Assembly (NCBI GenBank): GCA_028023455.1
Contig: JAQFVV010000009.1
Location: 10,788,001-10,852,000, forward strand
Direction of reading: 5' to 3'
Source of the DNA: Epiperipatus broadwayi
Lineage: Eukaryota > Animalia > Onychophora
DNA: 64,000 bases
The position numbers and the translations under genes were made by a program. Below the pieces are notes generated by a model. That model had not been told where the DNA came from, ran no database searches, and saw nothing but the letters and a program-made list of their open reading frames with translations. Below, piece after piece: positions 13,354-27,845 of the stretch (positions within the stretch are counted from its first letter, which is position 1; each line of letters begins with the position of its first letter).

Positions 13354-16300
13354 TAACTTAAAATAATTAATTTCTTATTTGATATTAATTTTAATTTTAT
13401 AAGCCATTCTAATTGACTTTAGTTTGATTAAAGAAAGTTTAAAACAGAAAAACAATTGTTGGAAAAGAGTTAGGACCATCTTTAATAAAATTATTGATAT
13501 TTTATATAAAAAGATATATAAACATGTAAGCTTACTTTAATTTGACTAGTTTTAGTGGAATAATTTAAAAATCCTTGAAACACTATGCTATAATGAAATT
13601 CAGTGACACACATTGCCTATTCATAGAACAGACAGCTGAAAGTATGACATTAATATTACTATAATCTTTTCTAATAATTTATAGTTTTGTTAAAAACAAT
13701 TGTTTTAAAAAAGTATTCAATGTAATATTGTTCAACCAACAGCCAATTTTACTAGTAATTTTTATAATTCTTTCATAGTGTTTTGTACTCCTCACCAAGT
13801 AATATTTACACTCTTCAGCAAAATCTTACGAAAGCTAATTTCATTAAAATAAAACATGGAAATTCCATTAATTTTGATGATGATTGGCAAGACAATTGAA
13901 ACTTTGTTTGCTGAGGAGTGATTTGCTTTATACAATAGATAGTTTAACTATTGGCACATTTGATTTAATATATATATATATTAAACCTTATAGGCAAGGT
14001 GCTTATAAAGACTCAAAGTATTTAAGGGATTTTATGTCTTTTAAAGTTACCAAATATGTCAGAGATTTTATTAAAAGATTTGAAAAAAGGTTCAGTAAAA
14101 ACTTTTCAGTTTTATCATAACTTGTTTGACATTTGATACAACTGCTATATTTTATTACTGCATTTACTTTAAGTTTGCTTTTTGAAAGTAATTTGGAATC
14201 AAATTTATTGGAAAATTTGTAAAGAATTTATTAAAACTGTTTCTAGTATAGCTTGTTAATAATTTTACATTTTTTTTTGTTTGGTATTTTTTGTTATTAT
14301 TTATATTTACTATTTTATACTTTTATAATTAATTCTTGGTATACATTTTTTTATTTATTTTAAATATCAATTTTTCATCAATTAATTTTAATTCAATTTT
14401 ATTTTTAATGCAAAACAATATTTAATGGTCAGTTATAGAAAACATATTAAAATGAATAATAAATCAATTATAATCAAATGATATCATGACAGGGAGGAAT
14501 AAAAAAACACAATACTTGACAATGAAATATATGATTAAAGACTAGATACAAAGAAATGATAGGTCTATGGATATAAGATTGCAAAGTATATTTTTTAAGG
14601 CTTTATAAAATTAAATAAAATCACTTAATAAAACAAGACCTAATCAAAAAATTTAATGATAGTTTCATCTTTGCATAAAATTATTTAACTGCACATACCC
14701 CATTCTCACTCTATTCTCAAAAGACCCAGGTATTGGGAGACCCATAACTAAACAACTAACATTAACCCTAAGGAAATTTCTATTTTTTTTTTATTATATC
14801 TATTAAAGCTGTAATGCAGAAATTCAGAAGTTCTGGAATTGGGAGACCAATTACTTGAATTACCAATCAAAACCTTCTCAGTTAGAAGAATGGCATCTGC
14901 AAATATTGATACAATATACTCATTATGCATGAGTAAAGAGAACACTTTTTGTCTATGGATGCACTTTTTTACATGCATATTATCAGCTCATAACAGCTAT
15001 TGCATAAAATCCATCTCCCACATTAGCTGTTTTCACTGAAAACATTCCAAGAGAACTATTTTATAATATAAGATTGGGAATCCATTCTTTTTGCCTTTTT
15101 GTTGCTATAATGTCACTTTATTTTTAACCTGACATCTCTGAAGCTTAAATCTCTTTATATTAATAAGTTATTAAAAATTAAAACCAGAGGTTGAATTTTT
15201 TATTTTAATAATGATTTAATGTACTTATTTAATTATTTCTTTTGTTTTTTATTGAGTGACTTCTTGTTTTTTTTTACTTAATAAAGTTTATTTTAAAAGC
15301 ACCATTATGTTATTAATTCAGTGTCAAAATATTCTCTGAATTCATTTCCTCTTTATAAAAATATTGAATTTTTAAAGTCATGTCAGTTTATTTGTTATTG
15401 ATTCTCAGATCTCTACAAAATATAAAGCTAAAGTGTTTTAATTTTTACTTAACATGTAAACAGAAAATATTTTTCATTGTTACCATACATCAGGTTTTGA
15501 AAAAATTATACAAAGAAACTTAAACTTTTGTTAGGAATTTTTTATCATTCAATAAATGCAAAATTTCAAATTGAAATTGAGAATGGATTTAAATATATAT
15601 ATATATTACTTAATTATTTTTTTATTTGAAGCTATACATGCATTGGCGAATATAAGTAAATTAACTTTTTAAACATTTTTTTCTTTTTATCACCACTTTT
15701 ACAATCTCTAAAAATGGTACAACTTTTATTACAGTATATTATTTAAATATTTGCCTCTTATCAATGCAAAACTTCTTTTTCACCAATTAAATGTAATTAA
15801 TACATTTAAATTTATTTATTTTATTTTTTTATTAAATTAATTTTTTTTTTAAAGTATTTGCTACTATTACATTTAAGTTAATTAATGCACTAAGTTTAAT
15901 TTTTCATTTTACTGATATAATTATAGGTTTGTTATTTGACTGACTTGTGCTTTTTAAATAAAAAATTGAATCCAAACTCACTTTAAATCCAGGTTTTTTG
16001 ATCAATGATAGCCTATTTGTATAAGAATTTAATGTCATTTATTTTTTCTTTTATAAATAATAATAATATAAAATAATTAGATGATTCTGTGTATTGTTAT
16101 CTATAATGTTGTTCACTTTTTCTCAGAATAGTGAAAACTAGTTTAATAATAATAATAAATTAAAATAAATGATATTTAAATATTTATTATTTTTATAGTT
16201 ATAACATTTATTATAAAAGGCATTTCATTATTGGCTCTTAAGATGACGTGTGTGTTTAGCATTTTAATGAAGTAGCAGAATAGACAATTAAAGATTCCCA

Positions 16301-18169
16301 CAGTTATTCCAATGATGTTTTAATTGATGAATTCTACCAATTCTCAAGGATAAAATCCATAATTTTTCATCTACTTTCCTTCTATTTAAATTGATTCAGG
16401 AATAAAATCAAGCTTTGCAAGAATTTGGAAGAATTATTAATTTATTTTTATTTAAAAATACTGAATCAAGATAACAAGAAGTCAGTGAAGAAGATATTTG
16501 TAGATATCTATATATTGCTAAATGGACAAATCACTTAATTCTTTAACTTATGTGATTTATGATAAAGTTTGAGTAGTCAGTGATTATCATATGGTAGTGC
16601 ATTTACATATGTTTGAATTTATCAATAGGCTTGGAATTCAAACCTGGAATTAATATAGTTATATATCTAGCACACAGCTTTACTTACATTTTACAATTTA
16701 AGTTTGTAAATACGTATTAGACCTGCTGTGAACGATCACATATACAGTATATTAGTCTTGTGATAACTTTCTACGATCTTGTAAAGTAATGCCTTTAATA
16801 AACTTCATTGATCAATTTCTTTAGCATAAAATGGCAAGCTAGAACTTTATTTAGTGAAAAGAAAAACAACTAAACTTTTAACAAATGATTATTTGTTACA
16901 ATTACTTGCAGGAACTGAAATTTTTTTACGCTGTGCAAAATCACCAGCAAAACTAATATTTTGAGTAACAACTTTCTCCTATAGAAACAGTATCTAATAT
17001 TCACGTGTGTTTAATTCAGTGTTTATTTAGACATTTGTTTGTACCATCGACTTTCATCATAGCAAGTCTAATGCATAAATACCTCAAATTATATTACTTC
17101 CATCTTTGAAATGAAAAAAAAAAACCTATTTGGGATGCGGATTTTGATGCACTTTCTCTTATTAATCAAACTTGTTATAGAAAACTGGAGTAGCATGCTG
17201 CTTTTATATTTTTAATTTGTATATGAAACTACTTTACTTTTTTTTTCTAATATTTTATAAATACTAAATTACTTAAAAGACCAAGTGTGTCATTTAATCT
17301 TTTATTCTTTGTAAATTGTTTTAAGTCCTCAATCAGAGAATATTACTTTAAAGAAAATACTAATATTCTATTAACAACTGATTTTTTTTTTTTTTTTAAA
17401 TGGTCATGTTATCTTAATGCCTGCTGTTTTGATTAACATGAAAGTTTAATGGATTAAATTCTAAAATGCTGTCACTTAGACTTATGGCTGAATTTTAACT
17501 CGTTCATTTAAAACCTTAGGGATCCTTAAAAATTCTTTTCATCTTTTATGAAATTAAAATTTAAACTGAAAACAATTTGAAAAGGATTTTTTTAAAAGCC
17601 ACACATATTTTTTATATAAGTAACACTATTTCACAACAAATATAACAGAAAAGACTTATTTTTATAAAATAATATTTTATTATACATTTTTATCTTAGCA
17701 ATCATTTATTAAGAAAGGGAAAAGGTTATAAAGACAAAACAAACAAAAAATTAAAAAAGAGTTTTGCGTATCTAGGTAAACCAATATTAAACCATAATTA
17801 CATCCAAATATACCAACTGCTGATTTTCAGTTTGTGTATTTTGCCCTTGCAAAGCTGATTTTAATTTCTGCAGCAAAATTTCTTGCTTAATTGTAGCTGT
17901 TTATTGTTTTGCATCCATAATTATGTCTTCTCATTGAAACCAATCGATACCGCACTTTTTAGAATGTATAACAAAAAAGATCTATTTTTCTCAAAGAAAC
18001 TATATTCAAACTTATAGAAATTATCTTCTTAAAAAAATATTACTTCTTAAATAAAATATTCTTTTCTTATAAGTACAGAAGGGCATCACAAGGGCCTCAC
18101 ATGACAGAGATGTTTAGTTATCCACTATATTCATGACCTCTATTCTAATCTAACTATGAAAATTTTGAA

Positions 18170-18450
18170 AAAATGGAAGATCCAATCAGGCATAGCACTT
18201 TTTTAAGTAGTTAACCAGGATAACTATCCAGTACTGAACGATAAATAATTATCTAACCACTCTTAGTTTGGGGGAGGAGTAAAACAAGAATGGAAATTGT
18301 CCCAATTCTTACTATCCAGAAAATAGAATGTCTGCTAAGTAAAGTTTTTATTTCATTGTTTCACTATAGGAGCTGCTGAAGAAATCTTTACCCAACAGTA
18401 GCATCTCAAATTCTGATTTAAATTTGTGAACTGTTTTCTATGTGTCTTTA
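18170..18450 (+). mobile_element. Short degenerate LINE RT fragment
   Basis: GGGVKQEWKLSQFL resembles the RT motif GV[RK]QG..LSP.LF. The rest is badly decayed. Confidence 0.3.
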
Positions 18451-19448
18451 GGACGTTTTTTTCATAATTTTTTTCCCCACTATATCTAAAGATATTTTTC
18501 ATGTATGTTAATAAATTTATCTAACAAAGACAAACAATAAAGTCAGATTTGGCTTTAGTGCTTATTTTTATGACGGGAGAACTTTGTATACAATTTATTT
18601 TTGATAAATGATAATAATTGTTTGTATTTTATATAATTTCTTTGTAAGACTTTATAATAATAGCTATCTTTAATAATGGGTGAAATTGTAATGTTAAATA
18701 ATTTGATTATGTATGTTTCCTTCTCTAAAAACAAACAAATCAAACAAATAGGGTACTATAGTCAAACTAGCACTACTCATCAATACTAATGGTCATTTTT
18801 AAATACTTGACACAACTTTAATATATTTAATATACTTATAAAAAGCATCTCAGAAGTTTGTGGTGTTTGCAGAGTGGGTTTAGCATAGTTTTAGAGTGTT
18901 AGACTCTAGATTTTTGGATCAATTTTTAGCTGTTGCTCCATCTCGTACTTGTATTATATATCTGCTGAAAATCACACTTTATAAAAAACTCCAAAGAGTA
19001 TATAGGAATTAAATATGTTAATCATACAATTAATTAGCACTGATCATCTATAGTGTAAAATCTCTCTTATAAAAGTAATGAAATATCACATGATTATTAT
19101 ATATGTGAGAGGGAGATAAATTTAAAAATGAATTTTGTTACTATGTAATAAACAGTTCAGTAATATTTTAATGTGTGCTAATAAAAAAAAACATTTATTT
19201 CTTAAATACAGATGTTTATTGTTTTTAGTTATTGTAAGCTAAATGCATTTTGAGTACAGTGCACCATAATCATGACTTTTAATTGTGTTAATAGCATACT
19301 GTTAATGAACACACACATATAAATAAAAATTTGTTATGTGGTGGTTAATATATCAACTTTCTATACACAAGACATGATATGTAAAAAAATTTGAACATGA
19401 AAAATGTTATGAATATTTTGAAACTATTTTAATATACCCTGCATGATT

Positions 19449-19685
19449 TGATGTAGTAGGTAGAGCATTTGACTTGAGAATGGGAAATTCCAGAATCAAT
19501 CTGGTCTGATGCCCAAACTTCTTATTAACTCCTGAGCAATAAAGTCATATGCCTTTATCCTGAATAATTTGGAACAGTTAGTAGAGTGTCCAAGTTGGAA
19601 TTAGGAAGTCCCAGGATCAATTCTTGGGCTCACAGGTTTTGTGCTCAAACTTTTTATGAACTCCTGAGCAGTAAAGCCATGTCTC
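19449..19685 (+). mobile_element. Dimeric tRNA-derived SINE-like relic
   Basis: Two tandem heads with A-box-like (gtagtaggtagagc; cagttagtagagtg) and B-box-like (ccagaatcaatc; ccaggatcaattc) motifs. Each is followed by a shared caaactt..aactcctgagca.taaag.cat segment. Confidence 0.55.
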
Positions 19686-20000
19686 TTGTTTTTTATCTAG
19701 CTAATCTGTTGCCAACATATATAAACTTATAAAACCATTAAAACAATTTTCTCTGTTTTTCCATGTAGGAATGTTGCTCTGCAGTTGACTATATAAAGTA
19801 GATTTTTAATCTATACAATAGAAAGTTTATTACTTTGTAAAATATATTATATATTTTTTAGTGCTAAATATTTAATACCATTAATAAAAAAGTTGATACA
19901 GATGATATTAAAGAATAAATAAGTTTAATAATAGTAACAAAATGATATCAGGGCAATTGTGAGGTGGATCAATAAGAGATTAATTAAATAATCAAGTGTC

Positions 20001-20003
<3 letters not shown>

Positions 20004-20066
<63 letters not shown>
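20004..20066. repeat. (TA)n microsatellite
   Basis: Direct observation. Confidence 0.97.
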
Positions 20067-20068
<2 letters not shown>

Positions 20069-20349
20069 TTCTATTGTTTTATTTAATGAAAATGTAACTT
20101 TCTCTTTGCAGACCAAATTGTTAGTACTACAGTGGATGTTATGAAATATGCATGGGTGAATATCACTTTTTAGAATAAAACTCAAAAAATAAAACATATG
20201 AATATATCCAAAAAAAATCTATCCCACAACAATTATATCTTGTATTGACTATTGACTCCATACATTGTTTTTATACTAGTTAAGAAAATAATTTAATAAT
20301 TTTATTTTTCTTGTATTTAAATGTATTTTAATACAACATATTGGTTGAA

Positions 20350-20905
20350 GTATTCCAATAAAATTATATAAACATAAACTTTGTTAATAAATAGTGAATG
20401 TTGATGATATACACAAGATGTGGATAAACTAGTCAGGTTTTATCATAGTTTAGCAGTTCATCAGATTAATAAAAGCTTTATGGATTAGCTTTAACTTTCT
20501 ATTGTGCAGAATGAACAACAGGCATTTATCTGACTTTTTAACAAGTCTTCAACATAGATCCTCATTCCAAGTAGGAATAATGCAGATGAGCATAGATTCA
20601 CAATCCAAATATAGGTTTGCTTAGAAGGCCATTATTAGAAATTAAACATGGTATCAATATTATTCATAATGATTATTGGAAAGTATATTTAAAATAACTC
20701 CTTTTCGCTGCATCTTGAGCTATCACACTGTTAGATTAATTGTTTATGGAATTCTGTCTTTCTTATCTAGGATCTGGATTATGGTCTGCTTTGGTCACAG
20801 ATATTTCACATCAGTGCAATTACTAATGGAAATGTAGTTTACAAACTCCTTTTTTAGGATCTCTAATAATCTTGGAATAGCTCATTTTATTAGCATCAAC
20901 CAAAC
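20350..20905 (-). mobile_element. Degenerate LINE RT fragment
   Basis: Minus-strand frames give KQTIIQILDKKD, SNNGLLSKPIFGL (cf. NNLLS..QFGFR) and KAFINLMNC (cf. FIDL.KAFD), in the expected order. Confidence 0.5.
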
Positions 20906-20914
20906 TTGTATGTT

Positions 20915-21019
<105 letters not shown>

Positions 21020-24000
21020 CCACTTGCCAATCTTTGTCACAAATTATTTAACAGTAATTCCAAATCTTGCTAATCTGTTTTCCAAAAAAAAAAAAAAACT
21101 TTAATTGGCTGACAATGAATTAAGTTGGTTGTTCTTTTTAATTTAATGAATTTTTTTAAATTTTATTTATTGTTCTCTCCATGAAATTATCAAAATAAAT
21201 TATCTTTTAACACACCATACAAATTATGTGTTTTACAATATGAATATAAACAGTGAATTTAACTAATTTTATTTTAATTTTTTGACTAATATTCTCAAAA
21301 TTAGTAGAAATCAACTTTATATAAATTTCACTATAATTTGTAGGGTAAATAAGTATTTTTCTAATAAACTTCTCTCTCTTCTCCCAGTAGCAATACTAAA
21401 AGTTGTCAGAAACACTATCACTTTTCCTACCAATGATATTTATTGCAAAAATGTGATATGTATCACATATCCTTTTAAAATATTGCAAACAAATCTTTAT
21501 CAACATTTTTATATTTTGTGTGGTCCATTAATTTAAAGATGGTAATAACCCATTTCACTATGCATCAGTATGAAAATGCTAAAATTGCATTTAACAGATT
21601 ATTTGATAATTCCTTTGAACTTTATAACACCAGTCACTGAAACAGATATTCATAATGTATGTATGGTCTTTATATCTCAATATTACTATGGACAATTTCT
21701 ATTTTATTTTAACTAGGCAAAACCCACAACTGTGTATTATTAATTCTCATCATTTATTTTATCAATTTTACTCAAATTTGTGGATTGAACTGTTGGCTCA
21801 GGTTTTACTAAAACCCCATGATACTCCTATTTGTCTTAATAAATATTTTTTTTTGTACTTTTTATAAAATTAATACAAACTTAATTTAAAATAGACTTTA
21901 TAATATATATTTAATACTATTTTATCATAATATTTATAGGATAGCATAGGCATAGTTTTATAAAAAACTTTGTAAAAACACTTTTTACACAATGACATAA
22001 TCATGTTCAAATACAAGCCTGGCAGCTATAAAATTGCTATACACATATTAATTTCTCGATTTATTTTATAGATTTATATGTGATGAAAAGGGCTGCTTTT
22101 AAAAATAAAAATGAAACTTACTACTTTAATTTGTAAACTAAGCTTATGTTTTTTACTGCTGTGCAAATAACTATAAAAATACAGAAAATATATATGTTCG
22201 ATGGGGGTGGGGGGGGTGGAATCTGGACATTATTTTTTATTGTCATACATTTAATTATGTAGTTTAAAGTATTTTGTATTTAAAATAATGATATTTGATT
22301 TGTAATATTTTGAAGACTGTTAGTTTAAATAGGTAAATATGTTTAAAATGAGAATTAATATACCTAAGGTTTTATTATGGAAACCTAAGTATTGTATGCA
22401 TGCATATCCCTTTTTTATATTAATGGTTTTATGATCATCATCATATATTTGCTAAAAAAAAAACAAATTCCTCACATTTATGCTCTGTCATTCTAAGACT
22501 TGAGCTATTGTTTTTTTCTTAGTCATATATTATTTATTTTTTATCTCTTTCTGTACTCTTCATAATTCCTTCCAACTTATTATTTTTTTGTGTGTGATTT
22601 CTTAAACGTGTATATATATCAAATCTATTCCCCTTCCCCATTATTTCTTTAATAAATAATCCTTTTCATTTAATTTGTATTTCTACTCTTATTTTTTTAG
22701 CTCTTCTTTATATCTAGGCCACCAGATTTTCGATCTTTTTTTATATATCTATGTTAAATATCATCACTTTTTTAAAGATAGATAAAAGAAATATTTAAAA
22801 TAATATTCTATTAATATATTGAAGAACATTATTTATCATTTAAATAGTTAAGCTATTTGGCAAAAATTGTAAAATGAAAATTTCAATATATTTTTTTTAA
22901 TAATATATTATTTTAGAATTCAAGATAAGTGTATCAAATAGTATCTATCACCATTTTCTTTAGAAAAAATATTAAAGCTTTTTTTAATTAATATTTCATA
23001 TCATGCAAAGATCATTTTAAACATCATTTTTGCATGCCGAATCATTGCCGAATAATTTTAAAAATCTTGTGAAAAATTCTTTAAATATTATAAGAATGCA
23101 CTTACGATAAAGATTCTCTACTATTTAAATAAACATATATATTTAAATAAACAGCTTTAGTTTACTTACATCACATAATAAAATTGTTATTTTTTTATGA
23201 GTACAAAAGAGTTTAACTTCACTTCTATCACTCATTTAATCTACATGGCAAATAAATGCTGAATATTTTAACAAAAGCAGTATAAAGATGTGTCATTATC
23301 ACGTCTTAATATAGTAATCGTTTAGTTTCTTCTTTTGTCTTTGAAATTAAATATAGAAAGGCATTTGAAGTATTATAAAAGAAAATATTACATTTACATG
23401 GACATTTGCTTATTCACATGCACACTACACACGATGTAGAATTCATTTATAGACCTTTTTTTTTTTATAAAATGGATTTAGCAAAAAACGAATACATAGT
23501 CAAAAAAGTGTTAACTGACATTTTAGCTAATATTAATTATGGCAAAAATTACTAAATACTCATTGACTTCCTCTAGCTCTCAATTATTATAAACTTGTCG
23601 TCTACTTTTTCCAATTCCAGCTCTCTAACTTTTCAATATAACTATTCATTTATTTTATAAATCAATATTTCAAAAGAGTATATTATAGCATCTTGTAATG
23701 ATAGTAAAGTAGAAACTGGACTCCTGGTATTGAGTGAATTATAGTCTTTTTTCACTCATCAATGCATATAGTAACAAAATGACATTAAAGTAATTATATG
23801 AAGGTAAATATATACATTGCTTGCTCTTAATATATATGTGTGTGCTTATAGTAACAGTAAGTACAAATTTTAAAATAAGTATATTGTCACACCTCATTCA
23901 ATGGCTTTTTGTACAATTATTCACTTTAGTGGTCCTCATCAATTTATGTGTAATATTTCAACAATCAAGCAACAGTTCTCTATAGCAATCATTAAACAAA

Positions 24001-24560
24001 GTCTATCATTTTTTAAATAGCAGCAATTTTGTAATACTATTTATATAATATGATGTTGATATCAATTGAGCAATATGTCTTTCTATAGTGGAAAAATGAT
24101 ATGTCATCTAAAATATGACTTACTTATCTAATTTTTATTCAATTCTATATTCTTATAGTAGTAGAATTACTGATAATCAAAACATGAAGACTTTTATTGT
24201 AAATATAAATAATTTTGGCAAAAAATAATGTTTAATTCACTATTCATTTAAAAATAAACATTGATCATATACAATAATAAAATGCACACAAACAAATTGG
24301 AATGGGTACATTAATTGAAATATGAATTACTTATCTAATTTCTTATTTAATGACTTCTTAATAGAACTGCTGATGCATCCAATTTACACTTTATTATAAA
24401 TATAAATAATTTTGCTAAAAGAAAATAGTTTAATCATTATGGAGTTTTTAAAAAGATCTAATTATATGCAGTATAAAGTGCATTAAAATAAATTGAAAAA
24501 TGAAGACATTAACTAAACTACAGTTTACTTATCATATTTTTAATAAATATCCTGTAAATA

Positions 24561-24885
24561 CAATTTATTCAAACCACTTCAAACACATTTTAGCAAAACT
24601 CTTTATTTGTACACATATACATACACCTTATGTTTTGACTGTCCTGCAGTCTTCTTCGAAGCCAGTTCATTTTAATCTCTTTTTCTCTTCAGAGCTAGTT
24701 CATTTTAATCTCTTTTTAAGAGATTAAAATGAACTGGCTTTGAAGAAGACAGCAGGACAGTCAAAACATAAAATGTATGTATATATGTACAAATAAAGAG
24801 TTTTGCTAAAAAGTATTCGAAGTGGTTTTGATAAATTGTATTTATAGGATATTACAGCAAAATAAAAAAAAAGTGTGATTTTGTT
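24561..24885. mobile_element. Palindromic PLE-like 3'-end insertion with decayed HHR-like motif, 15-bp TSD
   Basis: Inverted arms at 24546-24682 and 24718-24853, then a 32-nt tail. AATATCCTGTAAATA lies at 24546-24560 and 24886-24900. Each arm carries [c/t]GAAGA agac-N9-gtc AAAA ca ta. Confidence 0.85.
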
Positions 24886-25643
24886 AATATCCTGTAAATA
24901 GTTAATTCATATAAATGCTTTCATTATAAACATAATTTCATTTAAAAAAATCTACATTCAGATATATCAATTGTATCAAAAATGAATTTAAAAATGTATA
25001 CTATTGATTGCATTTATTAATCTTATTATTATTTAATTGTACTATATCTACACACTAAAGAAATGATGACTGTATTAAATAAAATGTGATATCTGCCTTT
25101 ACAGCAAAAAATTAAAATATTTACTCATTAGATAATTACCCCCAAAAAAATATTGATGACATATTATATAAAATGCACCAAAAAGTGTATTATGTTAACT
25201 TAAATTTCTTTCTTCTTACATCCCTTCTTTAATTTAATAAAATATAATTCAATATGTTGTAAAATATTTAAAACAACTGCTAAAGAAATCACAACAATTG
25301 TACAATGCTTTTTAATAAAGAATTTATAATTATATTTATGCACAGATTAATGTTTTGTTCTATTAATATATAAGATGTTTATTCATTAATTTTGCTTTTC
25401 CTTTCATACTTCAATTATTTTTCTTGATGTTCAAAACTTTATAACATAGTTTTACCATAGAAAATCATTATAATTTGCTTATTTTTTAATAGAAGATTAT
25501 TATCCTCATCCAGGAAAAGATATGCATGATTTAAAGCATTGTAAGTTTCTGTTTATGCAGTAATTAATCTAAGAATTTTTAAAAATGTTGTTGTAATTGC
25601 TAATTCCTGAAAAATCCACAATGAAATTAGAAATTACACAGAG

Positions 25644-25945
25644 GCAAAACCCTCCATACAGTAGTGCCACTTAGTGCAAATCAAAGTAATCAATGGATGC
25701 AGAAAAGTTTTTGCATAAAATCGTTATCTAGTACCTATTCATCCAAAATCCCCAGACTAGTTTCTAGCTTTTGGCTTTCATCAGCCTTGGATCTGAGAGC
25801 ACTGCATCTAGATCTTAGGATCTAATACAACCCTCCATCAGCCACCTTTTTTTATTAGTTAACTATAAAGCTTTGAGTCCAAAATGAAAGCACAATAATG
25901 TTTTCAATTCAAGTTCATTAGTTTGTATAGATCTGAACTCAGTTT
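25644..25945 (-). mobile_element. Older diverged copy of HHR family A (466-bp unit)
   Basis: Collinear with the 52.4-kb unit. The HHR core CTGATGA aagccaaaagcta GAAA ctag TC tgggg is kept, but the 5' strand of stem I is deleted. Confidence 0.85.
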
Positions 25946-26074
25946 AAGTGATGTTTAGTGATGAAATTAGAAATTATAAAATTACTGTTTTTTTTGTTTT
26001 TTTTGGATATTACCAATTAAGATAATATCTACAAGTATTTTAGTTTAATTACTATTAAGACTGAAAGCTTATTA

Positions 26075-26235
26075 ACTCTATTTCATCTTGCTATAAATAT
26101 GAGAATACCATAAGTTCTTGAAAATGCTAAGCCATAATTAATTTATTGAAATAACAAACTTCTCTATTGTTGAGAAAAAGTGCACTTATTGCATTTATTA
26201 TTTTCCATATAGAAGTATAAACACTTAACATCATT
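26075..26235 (+). repeat. Dispersed copy of the PLE 3' UTR seen at ~3080-3240
   Basis: ttcatcttgctat[g/a]aatatgaga...tatagaagtataaaca aligns by eye between the two loci. Confidence 0.6.
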
Positions 26236-27845
26236 GTTTACTTATACATTTATAGTTATACTTAACAATATCTTTCTTTTTCTACTTTATACAGTGCAAG
26301 CATATTATTTTTTTCAAATAATTTTATTTTTTTACAATTTTGATTATCCATCAGCCTTTTCCAGAGCTATCACAATACTTAAATATATAGGGGGGTTGTA
26401 AACTATGCTATACTATATTTTGTTCCAAGCCTCCCTTATGTGCAAACTTATGTAGCATATAGTAAGTAACTCATGTTTTGGTGACAAACATTGATTAGAA
26501 TAGAATATGTATTGTTTATTGAATTGCAAGAGTGCAATACTTGCCAACATGCACACACACATATACATATATATATATATCATTTATGTGTATATATATA
26601 TATATCAATAATTGTCAGTGAAAAAAATAGAATTAATATATATATATAACACAGAAACTTTTTGTATGTATAATATGCATGTGTAAATTAATATAGTATA
26701 TACAAAAAAATTTAAAATAATAATAATATAATTATTGATAATAAATTTAGGAGATTTATTATATATATTTTAATGAATGTGTGTTCATTTGTACATTCAC
26801 TGAAGCAAAAAGCATAAGAAAAATACTATTATATTTTTTCAGTAAGTAGTGAATTGTCTGACTTTTGTAGCTAAAAAAATATGCTCTAAGCAATATTATT
26901 TTTTTCTCATCTTGGTTTTGTTATCAAAAAATTAGAATCTCTTTAATTGGTTTGATTTAAATTACTATCAACTTTTAGAATCTTCTAAAATTTTGTAAAT
27001 TTTTTAGAATTACACTTAGAAAATATATTACACAAAATAATACAGATAAAATTTGGGAATAATAATAAAACAAGAATAAAATGTATTTTCAACAAAAAGT
27101 TGAATAAATTTTATTAATGTATATATAATCATTGTACTGCACTGTGAGATAAAAAAATAAAAATGACTTATGGAAATTTAGTTACAAATTTTACTTTTTA
27201 AAAAAAACAATGTAATAGCATATGATGATGAGAACAAAAAAAGGCTGCTCAAATATTATAAAATCTGTGAATTTTAATGTGTGTTGTGTGTTTGTTTTTT
27301 TGTTTATTTATATTTTTGTTTGTTCATTTACATTTTTCTTTGGATTATGTATAATTGAAGTTGCATAGTTAGATAAAGTGTAATTCCCAGTGCCACAGTA
27401 ATGACAACATAAAAATGAAACTTTTTACTATAATTATATCCAGCTCATAAAATTATATCAGTAGGTGAACATAATTTTTGTGTACATTTTCTGTTATTAG
27501 CCTTTAGACTTCCTCATTGAAAAATAGGTAATATCCATTTTAAAAGCAAAAAATGTTATAATGAAAATTTTTTGAAATACTAAGAATTAATTTTCATATT
27601 TTTAATCAATTGTCACATTTCATAAATTCATCAATCCTGTCCAGTCAACTAACAAACATTATTGTTTTCAGCTCATCATTCTATCCATTTTATAATGACA
27701 TGTTATTAAAAATAATAATAAAAGGATTCATAAGAAAGAGCTTAGACTCACTTCTATTGAAGCCAAGATAGAGAGAGGAATTTTTTCTATTCACTTCTAT
27801 GTTTAACTTTTCCTATTGATATCTGAGTAACTATAGACATACACT

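Noticed and set aside
14748-15039. ORFs with an FADA motif or a protein-like frame
   Set aside because: A single weak RT-like motif with no other motifs in order cannot be assigned.
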